From assembly GCA_964016885.1 (NCBI GenBank), contig CAXHJY010000065.1, positions 1-64,000 on the forward strand: a stretch of DNA of 64,000 nt, in the 5' to 3' direction. The translations under genes were made by a program, and so were the position numbers. The DNA comes from Eledone cirrhosa (lineage: Eukaryota). Numbering within the stretch: the stretch's first letter is position 1; every line of letters starts with the position of its first letter. Positions 25,244-36,937 of this stretch are shown here, one piece after another. The notes beneath the pieces were generated by a model that saw only the letters and a program-made list of their open reading frames with translations, searched no databases and was not told the DNA's origin.

Positions 25244-26337
25244 ACAACAAGAAGTATTATCGGCCAATACAAGCCGGAAACTTTACCGGGGTTATTTCCG
25301 AAGTTTTTACTTAACTGCATGTGAGACCTAAATGTATACTTTTGTTTTTGTTTTTTAATTTCCGGTTGATTCTATTTATTTATTTTATTTTATTTGTAAT
25401 ACTACTGTGCATTCTATTTACTGTCTGGCCCTTACTCACTCATCCACATATATGTCTGTTTACCAACCTTGTAATTATAAGTAATTATATATTATATTAT
25501 GTTAATTATTTTATATTGTATTTGTTATTGTACTATCGATCCTTATTACTTACCGTTGATTATATGTAACATTGTGATATGTTAATCTTTATATATCATG
25601 TAAGATGTTTATATTTTTGCACCATCATAATTTTGGGTATTGTACAATTTATTTTTCCTCACCCACTCTGTAACTCTATATGAATTGATTTGTTAACTTG
25701 AATGCCATTATATATTGTATATTATATATGTTATTATATTATTATTATAGTATTATTGTGATATCTATATTGTTTGTGTAAATTAACCGGAGATTATCTA
25801 TTCTATTCTATTATATTATATAGTATATAATTGTATAGTTTATTATATATTATATGTGCTACTTATAATAATATCATATTATTACCTCATGTATATTGGG
25901 TATATGTATTATTATTATTATTATTATTTTTATTCCTATCATGCTTATTTATATTTAAACTCTTAATAAGGTTTAATTTGTGCTGTTGAAGATGGATATG
26001 TGTATTGATGTATGTGTATATGTGCGTACGTGTGCGTACATATATACATATGTATATTGTACCTTTTGATTTTTATTGTAATTTTAATATTGATAAAAGT
26101 ATATTATATTATATTATATTGTATTATATATAATTTCTGCTCTATATAACCACCTTTGTTTAGCTCTAGGCTTTTTTTGCTTTGGACTATATTTGTAATA
26201 TGGTTCTAAATGTTATACACCTCCTTAGTGATTTTTATTATATATTTTTACCCATAATCTTGCAATACTTTAGTGTATGTACACTCCATATTCTTCGGAG
26301 TTTCCGGCTTGTATTGGCCGATAATACTTCTTGTTGT

Positions 26338-26389
26338 TTTAATTGCCCTGATGAGTCCTTAATAGGACGAAACATTGTTGGCTAATAAA
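26338..26389 (+). ncRNA. Type I hammerhead ribozyme (family F)
   Basis: AATTGCC-CTGATGA-GTCCT-TAAT-AGGAC-GAAAC-ATT-GTT/GGCTAAT. Canonical core with a G10.1-C11.1 stem II; predicted cleavage after 26379. Confidence 0.8.
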
Positions 26390-26457
26390 GACTTTTGATG
26401 TATTGAAGGCTTCTTTGTTTTACTTTCATAATAAATATATATATATTTATATATAAA

Positions 26458-29400
26458 GGACCCCTCTTTATTTCAGACACAGATGACCAACAAAATCCTG
26501 TCTCCCACACCCCTCCCTGCACCTCCAACCCATCCATCCCACCCTCCCAACTTCACAGTTGGTACCATGAACGTAGGCACATTGAAAGGTCGCTCAAATA
26601 AGGTTGTAGAGATGCTAGAACGTAAAGAAGTTGATGTTTGTTGTATTCAAGAGACTAGGTGGAGAGGGGGGTCTGCCAGATTCATCGTAGGTAAAAAACG
26701 ATGCTATAAACTTTTCTGGGTGGGAAATGACAACAGACAGGGTGGTGTAGGAATTATGTTAGCTGAAAAATGGGTAGATAAGTTAATTGACGTAATTAGA
26801 GTGAATGACAGAATAATTGAATTAAGACTAGTTCTAAATAGAACTACTGTGACAATAATATCTGCTTATGCACCCCAATCTGGTCTACCTGATGTTATAA
26901 AGGACAGGTTCTATGAGATGCTACTACACACTACCTCCCAAATAACCGACAGCGACTACTTAATTATTACTGGCGATCTAAACGGTCACATTGGACAACA
27001 TAGTGATGGCTATGATGGAATCCATGGAGGCTATGGGGTTGGAAATAGAAATGAGGAAGGCTTCAGAATCTTGGAATTCTGTGACGCAAATAGCCTAACT
27101 ATCTGTAACACAAACTTCAAAAAACGTGAAAACCACTTGATCACCTATAGATCAGGGGAACACGCCAGCCAGATAGATTATATCCTTACTAGAAGACGGG
27201 ACAAAATGTCTGTTGTAAACACTAAATCCCTCCCCTGTGAAGAATGCACCTCCCAACATAGCCTAGTAGTTAGTGACCTCATAGTTAGGAATAGACATAC
27301 TCGATGACAGAGGAGGCCTACATGAGGAGAATAATATGGAAGTTGAAGGACCCCATAGCCAGTGACAAATTTAAAAGCTTATTACTTGATGCCTTTGACA
27401 ACAAGGAAGAGCAATTAGAAACATGCAATATAGAGGAACAGTGGCAATTCTTGAAAGTGAACCTGCTGAAAACAATGGATGAAATCTGTGGCTGGAGCAG
27501 ACCTATTGGCAGGAGGAGAGTAACTTGGTGGTGGAACAGTAAGGTGGAAGAGACAATCAAGGCCAACAATCAGGCTTGGAAAGGATGGGGGAAGTAGAGA
27601 GCACTATCAAGTGGCCAGGAGAGAAGCTAGGAGACAAGTGTACCTTCCAAAAAGGGTAGCAGAGGAAAGAAAGTTCAAGCATGTTCGGCAACGTGAGGAC
27701 CAAAAACGTGAGGTGTTCAGGATTGCTAGACAATGTGTGAAGGAAAACCATGATATTGTCGGGGAGAAGTGTGTCCGTAATGATAATGGTGTACTTGCGC
27801 TCACTGATACTGATAAGAAGATAGCCTGGAAGTGTCACTACGAGAGACTATTAAATGAGGAGAATAAAAGGGGCAAAGATAGTCTGCCCCAAATCGATCC
27901 AATAGAAGGACCAGCGGTGCAAATTAAAGGTAGTATAATAAGTAAGGCAATCAAAGATATGAAGACAGGCAAGACAGCTGGGCCTTCGGAGATAGTTGCT
28001 GAGATGTTGAAGGCATCTGGTATGGTGGGACACACTATGGTCACCCGTATAGTTAACCAAGTAATACAGAATGAGGTCATACCGAAAGACTGGCATAGCA
28101 GCATCATCATTAACTGCTACAAGGTTAAAGAGGATGCTCTAGATAGGGGAAACTATAGAGGCATTAAGTTAGTTGACCAGGTCATGAAGGTCACAGAAAG
28201 AGTTATAGCGCAACTAATCAGAGAGCGAATTGATCTAGATGAAATGCAGTTTGGGTTTGTGTCAGGCAAAAGTACCACAGAAGCTCTTTTCCTTGTATGA
28301 CAACTACAAGAGAAGTACCTAGCTAAAAGTAAACCCCTCTACTTAGCTTTTGTAAACCTGGAGAAAGCTTTTGACAGAGTCCCCCGCTCCATTATCTGGT
28401 GGGCTCTTAGAAAACTAGGTGTAGATGAATGGCTTGTGAGAGCTATACAAGCTATGTATAATGAAACAATCAGTAAGGTTAGAATTAACAATGAATATTG
28501 TGAAGAATTTAGTGTAAAAGTTGGCATTCATCAAGGCTCTGTCCTTAGCCCCCTCTTATTTATTATTGCCCTTCAGGCTATAACAGAGGAGTTCAAGACC
28601 GGCTGCCCATGGGAACTCCTATACGAAGATGATCTAACGCTCATAGCTGAATCGATGGCTGAACTAGAGAAGAAATTTGAAACATGGAAGCATGGCCTAG
28701 AATCAAAAGGTCTTAAAGTTAACTTGCCTAAGACTAAAGTTCTAGTATGTAGGAAGGAAAATAGGGCACAGGTGCCCTCAGGGAAATGGCCATGCTCAGG
28801 TGCAATAAGTAGCAAGTGTCCAAAGGATACTAGCTCCTTCCATTGCCCAGATGGTTCTATAGAAATAGTAGACACTTTCCGTTATCTGGGTGACGAAATC
28901 AGCAGTGGTAGAGGGTGTTCTGAAAGTACAGTAGCCAGAGTCACAATGGGATGGAAAAAGTTCAGAGAGCTTATACCACTGTTGGCCACAAAAGGTTTCT
29001 CTCTAAAAATGAAAGGCAGATTGTATGATGCCTGTAAACGAACACCAATGCTACATGACAGTGAGACATGGGCATTATGTGCAGAGGAGCTGCGTAGACT
29101 GGAAAGGAATGAAGCATGCATGCTCCGTTGGATGTGTAATAGTAATATACGTGAACGGCAAAGCATAAATGAACTAAATGAGAAATTAGGAATAAGAGGG
29201 ATCAGATGCTGTTTACTTGAGAGAAGACTATGTTGGTATGGTCACGTGATGTGCATGAAAGACAACAGCTTCATAAAAAGTGCAGGGCGATCAAAATTGA
29301 TGGTAGTTACGGAGTAGGTAGACCCAGAAAAACCTGGGATGATCTGATAAAATCCTACCTCACACACTTACATCTCTCTAAGACAATGTATCTGGACCGA

Positions 29401-29808
29401 GATCTTTGGCGCTACGCAGTAATACAGAAGACCCGCCTTGCCTATGTAAAAAGCGAAACCTGCAGTCAGTAGGCACCTCTTAACCAAATATACACCCCAA
29501 TCTACTACCCCCTACCCCACCAACAGCACGAGAAAATGAGATCGAGTTCGTGTAGGTGTCACAACAAAAAACACACAGTCCATGCTGTAATGTGGTCGTG
29601 TAGGTAACACGGTAAAAAGTTCCCAGTTCCACACTGTAAATGTGGTTGGTGTTAGAAAGGGCATCCAGCCGTAGAAAACCTGCCAGATAGTCCTATATAA
29701 GCGCGACATGGTCACCCGACCAGCCTTGCCTCAAGTGGGACAACTCCCGTCTAACCCATGCTAGCGTGGAAAATGGACGTTAAACGAAGATGATGATGAG
29801 ATGATGAT
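26458..29808 (+). mobile_element. RTE LINE copy D, near full-length ORF, disrupted, PHD finger deleted, long 3' UTR
   Basis: APE ORF 26483-27307; RT pieces through YEDD at ~28620; GKWPCSGAISSK junction; 3' UTR module and GGACGTTAAAC(GAT)n-like tail. Confidence 0.95.
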
Positions 29809-29810
29809 AT

Positions 29811-29852
<42 letters not shown>

Positions 29853-31879
29853 TCTTCATTTAATGTCCATCTTCCACGCTAGCATGGGTTAGACTGATAT
29901 ATATATATATATACATATATATACATGTATAAACACACACACATGCACACATATACAGATCTCCAATGCCACCACCATCACTGCAGCTTCTACCACCACT
30001 AGATAATCAAATATATGACAGCAAAGACACTTAGCTATGTAGGTTCACACACATAAAGTAACTTAACACACATTACTTAGTAACATACACACAGAGAAAA
30101 AATAGAGTAACATTGACAACTTCCAGATTGACTTTAAGATTGAAAAGGCTGCAAAAAGGATAGGGATCAAATATTCTCTATAATAGAATGAAAAAAAAAA
30201 GATAGGGAAAAAAATTAGCAAGTAACAATATCCAGTTTATGGGATTTTTTTTATTGGCAAATGACCCTTCTACAAACTATATACTTATGTATATATACAT
30301 GTATATATATATATATGTATATATATATACATACACACACACATATATATATGTGTGTTTGTGTGTGTGTGTATGTATATACATACATACATATATATAT
30401 ATAACACCCTCATATATATATATAAATATATACATACACACACATATATATGTGTGTGTGTTTGTGTGAGTGTATATACAGGGCGACAAAATTTCTATTA
30501 ATAATTCATTATCTTCACCGAGATAAAAATGCAGCATCCTTCACATTTATCCATGGGGAAAATAAGCAACAATTAAAAGGAAATTCACAATTTTTTTTTC
30601 CTATTCCATATGTATCAATATTAAATTTTTACACTCTACAATTGTTTCAATGTCCGGGCTTTACTCAACAATCTTATGTAAAATATCTTACATAACTTTT
30701 CTGATTTAAAGACTACTCATCTCCTCTGGAATTCCTAATACAATTAATGAAGCTTTAAGGGAACATCATTTTATAAAATCAACTGAATAAAATAGAAAGA
30801 AAGAAAAACAAGAAAAAAGAATAGAAGACATTAAAATGCACAGGAAGTTATTTATCAAAAGATATAAAATGATCGAAAGAAAAAAAATTTAAACGAAAAA
30901 TGGTGTTTATAAAAGTTATGTATAAAAATCAGTGCAAAAAGAGAAGAGAAAGGAAATGTAATAATTGTTAAAGATTCGATCAGGTTAGCCAGTTAAAGGG
31001 TGCAGAATTTAAAAGCTATGGCATAGTTATGCTCAAAGAATGACTCAGTCTTACCATTACCTTTCTAGTGATCAAAGATTAGCAGACTACGCCTTCCTTG
31101 TTGGAAGAGAACAAAGTGATCATAAACTAAGGCATCAAGATATCAAGTGATAGAGTCAATAAATCTTCTCATATGTGTAAAGAAAAGGGACAAATGAAAA
31201 TTATATATCATAAAAATGTTTGCAGATTAACTCTTTAGCATTTAAACCGCTGTATTCGACCAGAATTCTCTCACCACTATCTGTTCAAACTGGTCGTAAC
31301 TGGCCACTCATACTGATGTTAAGATATTGTACTCAAAAGAAATAATATCAAAATCTTATAGAATCGATATTATGGGAGATAAAGCCTTTACCAGGTAAAT
31401 ACAGTAGTAAATATAGTGTAATGTAAATGCTAAAGGGTTAAAGAAATCTGGCAGATTACATTATTATCTCTGAATACATATTACTATAAAATAATTATAT
31501 AGAATTACTATAAAAATATTTGCAGATTAAAGAACCCAGTCAGAATATATTATTATCTCTTATGATATAAATAAGGATAAAAACATAATCAATAAAATTA
31601 ATGTATTGACAATCATTTGAGCTATAATAATAATGTTTTCAATATGAATAATATTAGTATGATTAATACTAATTAAAATACATAATTATATATATATAGA
31701 TAATAAAAGGAAAAATATAATGACTAAACCAACACTTACAATACAAGTAATTAAGTGTAATATATATATACTCGGTAGCAAAATACTTAAAAAATTGAAA
31801 CGAACAGCACCAAAGAACAATACATTCAAATAAAAATATATTAGTGTAATGCATAAAAAGTGTAATAAAATAGTCTTAA

Positions 31880-32520
31880 CATTTTGGACAGAGAAAGGGA
31901 AAATGGTCTGGTAAAGGGATGCAGGGATATTGTCGAGACCAAGCTAGGTGATGAACAGTGTGGTTTTTGCCCCAGACGCACACTGCAACAGGTCTTTGAA
32001 AAATTGTAGGAGTATTGCCAAGAGGTATATTCTTGTTTTGTAGACCTCAAAAAGACATATGTTCACATTCCTTAGGATCTGCTAGAGAAGGATCTGCAAA
32101 GGTATGGGATCAATTGTCAGCTTTTTGCTGCCCTGATGTCTCTGTACGAATGCCTAAGTATTTGTGTTTGGATAAATGGTGTTAAATCAAAATGATTCAA
32201 TGTGGGAATCAGACTCTACCAAGGATGCATACTGTCACTTTCCCTTGTTCATTATTTTCATAAACAGGATTGACATGTGCAATCTGGTTGGAAGTGGTAT
32301 CACGACTGGCGGGTGTAAAATCAGTCGACTGGAATTTACAGTTCCACTGAAGCAGATGGAGAAATTCAAATAACTCAGGGCTGTGTTCATGAGTGATGGA
32401 AGGCAGAAGGTTGAATTAAGTGCATGAATTGCAGGAGATGGTGCTGTAATGCATCAGCTTCAGTATTTGGTAATCAGAAGAAGGGAGATAGCTGTAAAAG
32501 CCAAACTCGCTATCATCTAT
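31880..32520 (+). pseudogene. Old RTE (Expander-like) RT fragment, different family
   Basis: Translates to IVETKLGDEQCGFCP..., YSCFVDLKKTY, and later LKQMEKFK*LRAVFMSDG; many lesions. Confidence 0.6.
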
Positions 32521-33348
32521 TTGTGCCAATATATATATATTGTATATATATCATCATCATCATTATTAATATTACCATTTAACAATCATTTTCCCAGCTA
32601 GCAAACTATTGTCACAAACGTATTGAAGTCAACATTTGCATGACCTTATGAATTTGTTGATGACTAATCATGCCAGTCTTGGAAAGTCATATATGACACA
32701 AAATCTTTAGACCAAGTTTACCCAATCTACTTCATAAATTAAGCATTTTCATGCAACTGACTTTCATTCTGCACAAGAGATGTTTGCTTTTTCAAAATCA
32801 CCTGTACCAACCTTAATCCATATTCTACATTAGTAACAACGAAAATCAATTTTTTCTCAGTTGTACTCATGCATTTCAAATGTTGTTTAAGATTATTTTA
32901 CATAGTCCAAAAACAACAGCTGTAATTTGTGGTGGGCACTTTCTACTTACTGGTTTACTGAATAGCATTTGCTTCAGGAACCACTGATTATTCATTCATA
33001 CAAGCTGCCCAGTCCCATATAAGCATTTTTTTTGTGTACCATTGCTCAATAGTCATGATGTTGGTTCTCTTGAAAATCTCTGTATATGGATTCTGCGAGG
33101 ACTGACCGACATTAGAATATATCTTAGGCATTTCTGACTAAATAACTCAAAAACGTTTGTGTGAGGCTTGTAAAAGATCCATGCTTCTCATGAATAAAGA
33201 AGAGAAATGAATATACATGCACAATGCACAAAGCATTTTTGTTAAACTTTTAATGCCACATCAGGACCAAGCATAAGATTTAAGTACTCTAAAAGAGGCA
33301 GTTTCTTTCTGAAGCCTTAAAAATATTCCATTATTTAAGGAACAAAGA

Positions 33349-33555
33349 TGGCAGATTGGCAGTATTAGAAGAGTGTCAGACAAAATGCTTTACAGTATTT
33401 ATTCACAATTTCTATGGTCTATCATACCCACCAAGGTCAACTTTACCTTTCGTCCTTCTAAAGTCCATAAAGTAAAGTACCAGTTAAGTATTGGTGTAAT
33501 ATTACCGACTTTCCCTTTCCCCTAAATTGCTGGTCTTGTGCCAATGTTATAAAGA
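33349..33555 (+). mobile_element. Degenerate tRNA-SINE (Nin/Deu-like domain family)
   Basis: TGGCAGTATTAG A-box-like head; CCCACCAAGGTCAACTTTACCTTTCGTCC...AAAGTACCAG...AAATTGCTGGTCTTGTGCCAA. Confidence 0.6.
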
Positions 33556-33979
33556 GTTATGTAACGAGCAAGAACAGCTGGGTGTGCTTGCTCAGGTAGA
33601 AAATTGTGTCTACTACATTCATTTCTCTACTAATCATTTTGTGCAAAAAATTATTTTGAGAAAAATTACTACACCAGCTTATTTCCATAAATTAAATTTA
33701 AATTCTATTTTGAATGTTGATTTCAGAAATACAAAGACTCTTGTAAAGGTTTTGCATTATAAATTCAATGTATTTATATCCTTGATATTTTTGCTGTTTC
33801 CATGTACCATATGTTTTGGTACTGTGCTGTATGTAAACAGCAACACACTCTTACAACTCTCTTTTCAGTTCTACTTATGAATGATCATAAACTTCTATGA
33901 ACGTTTTAACTGCCAGATGAACATGATGTGTTTGGAAATATTATGTTATATATATAAATATCATCATCATCACCACTAT

Positions 33980-34017
<38 letters not shown>

Positions 34018-34018
<1 letters not shown>

Positions 34019-34218
34019 GGAAAATGTTCAAGACCCCGACGGCAGAGCTCAAGCCGTTTCGACGGCTATTTCTTGACCAGGTCCAGAAATAGCCGTCAAA
34101 ACGACCTGAGCTCTGCCGTCGGGGTCTTGAACATTTTCCTATTACCCACTCTTCTATCCTAAGTATTGAGTACTCTGGTGCATTATGGTCCACCTGGTTC
34201 CTTACCACACTTCCTTCG
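34018..34218. mobile_element. Fold-back element, family C, third copy (opposite orientation)
   Basis: Arms 34018-34075 and 34081-34141. The minus arm reads GAAAC-GGC-TTGAGCTCT-GCC-GTC-GGGGTC. Right-only tail; (TA)n on both sides. Confidence 0.7.
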
Positions 34219-34236
34219 ATATATATATATATATAT

Positions 34237-34363
34237 CCAGCCGTAGAAAACCCGCCAGACAGTCCTATGCGAGCAAGACAACCACTCTTGCCTCAAGTGG
34301 GAAAACTCCCGTCCAAACCCATGCAAGCGTGGAAGATGGACGTTAAACGATGATGATGATGAT
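34237..34363 (+). mobile_element. RTE 3' terminal fragment
   Basis: Matches the reverse complement of 11461-11590; ends GGACGTTAAAC(GAT)n. Confidence 0.8.
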
Positions 34364-34609
34364 GGGGGGCGTACATGTGTGCGTGAGTGTATGTGTGTGT
34401 GAGTGTGTTGATCAAACCTTTTTCAAAATTAAAAAAATATGAGTTGTCCAAGGCTATAGCTAGATGAGTAAATTTCTACAATTCACTGGAAAAAACATCA
34501 AAAGACCCCACAACAAAATTCATGTTTAGAAAATGAATTTAGTTAAAATAAAAAAGTAGAACCAGCTTGAACCATAAACATGTAGAGAAATATATACACA
34601 TTAACTACT

Positions 34610-34655
<46 letters not shown>

Positions 34656-35517
34656 GCGCTGAGCAACATCAAAAAAATTAGAAAAGAACAAAAGTTAATT
34701 GCAGATTTATTTTCAGTTAACATGGTTTAAGAATTATGTTGGGTGGGAGAATATACATGGACAATAAAATATGTAAACAAATAAGACCATGATCAACACA
34801 TTTTCACTGGAAAACGACTCTCCATTTGAAATATAATTATCATTGGTTCTGTTTAGAAAGTTGCTATAATGAAGATGGGATTTTAAATATTCAGGCTACA
34901 AACTTGGGTGAAGAAAAAGAGAGGTAAGGTTGAGCAGAAATATATTTATTGGTCCCTATATTTCGGATTCACCATCCATTGCCAAGTGTGTCCAGAGAAA
35001 TCTCTGGAGATCATCGGAAAGAGCCGTTCTGTGCCTCCAAGTGGTTAATGTTTGAGTTAGAACTGATTGAAATTCTCGTTCACCTGACATTTGTACATGC
35101 AGGTTCAACAGGGGCTACTAATCAGTTACCAGCCAGCAGGTTATTGTAGTAGTTGATATGTCACATTGTTGTGAAGATCAATCAGTTAACACTTGATTGT
35201 TTGATATTTTAGTTGCTATGTGGTTGTCTCTTGGCGTTATTTATTCATTTTTTTTTTTTATTTGTTCTGTCATTTCAAATATGTGTTATTGTGACTGGGT
35301 AAAATTAGGCATTGTGCATCAAAAGGGCTTTCTTGATTCAAAGAATACACATGTGCTCTGTGGCTAGTATAGTGACTGTGAGTCTCTTGTCTTTGTTTCC
35401 ACATTTGATGATGTTTCTGAAGTGATGAAGAGTTAGTGGTTACATGTCCCTTAATTCTTATGTGCAGCAGTCAACAGGTAATGCTGATATAGTAATTGTT
35501 GCCCTTGTCATGTTCTA

Positions 35518-36299
35518 ATCTAGCTTATAATAAGAGTGCTGTCTGTCTGTCTGTCCATCTGTCATACTCACTTTATATAAAGAGGGGAAGCACCAAGGAA
35601 AAGATATGTACATAAATAGAGAGAGAAAAGAGAGTGGCGTGTTTTCAAGGTAACAGACACAGATAGATAGACAGAAAATTACGATGTTGCACTTATCTAT
35701 ATATAAACAGGGGAAGTATCAAGCAAGAGATATGGCCATAGAAAGAAAGAGAAAAGAGACACCATGTATTTTCCAGGTGAAAAAAAGAGGTAGATAGACA
35801 GAAAGCTATGACATAGCTCTCGTCTATATATAGAGAGAGGGGGAGTACCAAGCAAAAGAGATGTACATAGATAGAGAGTGAAAATGAATGTCATTTCTTT
35901 AAAGAGAGAGTATGTGTGTGTGACAGATAGAGATAGAAGACAATATCACCGATATCTATATATAGAGAGAGGGGGAACAGCAAGCTTTCATAAACAGATT
36001 CACGTGAAAACTGTTCAGCGGAGACAAACTGTGAATCATATTTATATTTAATTTAGTTCATTTTATTAAATTTGAAATTTGTATTACTCATTGAACAATA
36101 ATGATAAATAATGGAATACATTTTTACATGAATTTACAAATAAATCATTAAGAACACTGTAGAGTTTCACATGCTTTTTTATGAAATAAAATTGTCTCTT
36201 TGCCATTTGCTCATATCTGCACACTTCAGAAAAGATGGGCTTAGACTGATTTTTTGAACAGGAAAATCATTGAGAACTTATTTCTCACAGACCAACTAG
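35518..36299 (+). mobile_element. Possible non-autonomous Helitron-like element with ~130-bp internal tandem repeats
   Basis: Begins TC...TATAATAAGAG + (GTCT)n. Four units of TATATA-GAGAGGGGGA-GYACCAAGC-like sequence at ~35575, 35700, 35825 and 35957. Ends CCAACTAG. Confidence 0.4.
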
Positions 36300-36700
36300 C
36301 TTATATAAAATGTAAGTACATAGGCAATAAATAGCTTGTGTTGTATATTAAGCATGTGTTTTCTGGGTCATGGAGTTGTTTCCTGAATAGGCATTTTGTA
36401 GGGCCCTGAGTGAGTCAGCTGGATATCAGGACCTTCCCTTTGAATAGCTCTGCAGATAATGCTTGTGGTTTTTTCACCAAGGTGTAGGATTTAAGGAAGG
36501 AACTGTTTGTAAAGTCTTTCTGCTTTCTGGAATTGGGTCTCACATTTCATTGGTGAAAGATGTCGGATAACCATTGGTTTCCAACAACTTGCATAGTTGC
36601 TTAGTGTGGGTGGCTCTACTCACTGCATCACTGCATCTGTTTTTATGCATGTGATTTCATTTTTACAACAAAATCTGCATTGTAGCAGCTTCCTAAACAC
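36270..36700 (-). pseudogene. Possible highly decayed Penelope-like ORF remnant (RT-to-GIY-YIG linker)
   Basis: The minus strand translates KQLCKLLETNGYPTSFTNEM (NGYP is typical of Penelope-like ORFs) and, downstream, QAIYCLCTYI. Many stops. Confidence 0.3.
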
Positions 36701-36937
36701 AATTTCTAGATTCCATAAGGCTTCAAGCAAACTGCAATACTCTCTCATAAATAACATTGATTATTACAACACATGTATGTATACAACACCTCTCTATCTT
36801 GTCATATGTATCACATTCAGCTTTTCTGAACCTAACAGAGAGTTTCTGTAGATTCTATACTCTCCTTTTACAAATTTTCTGCATTTCTCGTTCCATCTTC
36901 TGCTTATTCTGATGTCACAAATGACTAACTTATGTCC

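Larger units (their letters stand above)
25048..26432. mobile_element. Inverted-repeat element, family F: ~135-bp hammerhead-bearing arms around ~1 kb AT-rich non-coding interior
   Basis: ~25149-25282 is an essentially exact reverse complement of ~26299-26432. Left-only tail at 25048-25148 shares TAGCTCAATGTAA with the family E tail (~15665). TA flanks. Confidence 0.8.

Noticed and set aside
32600-33250. Possible decayed hAT-type transposase N-terminus on the minus strand
   Set aside because: Only vague Cys/Trp/His spacing amid many stops, and no terminal repeats found.
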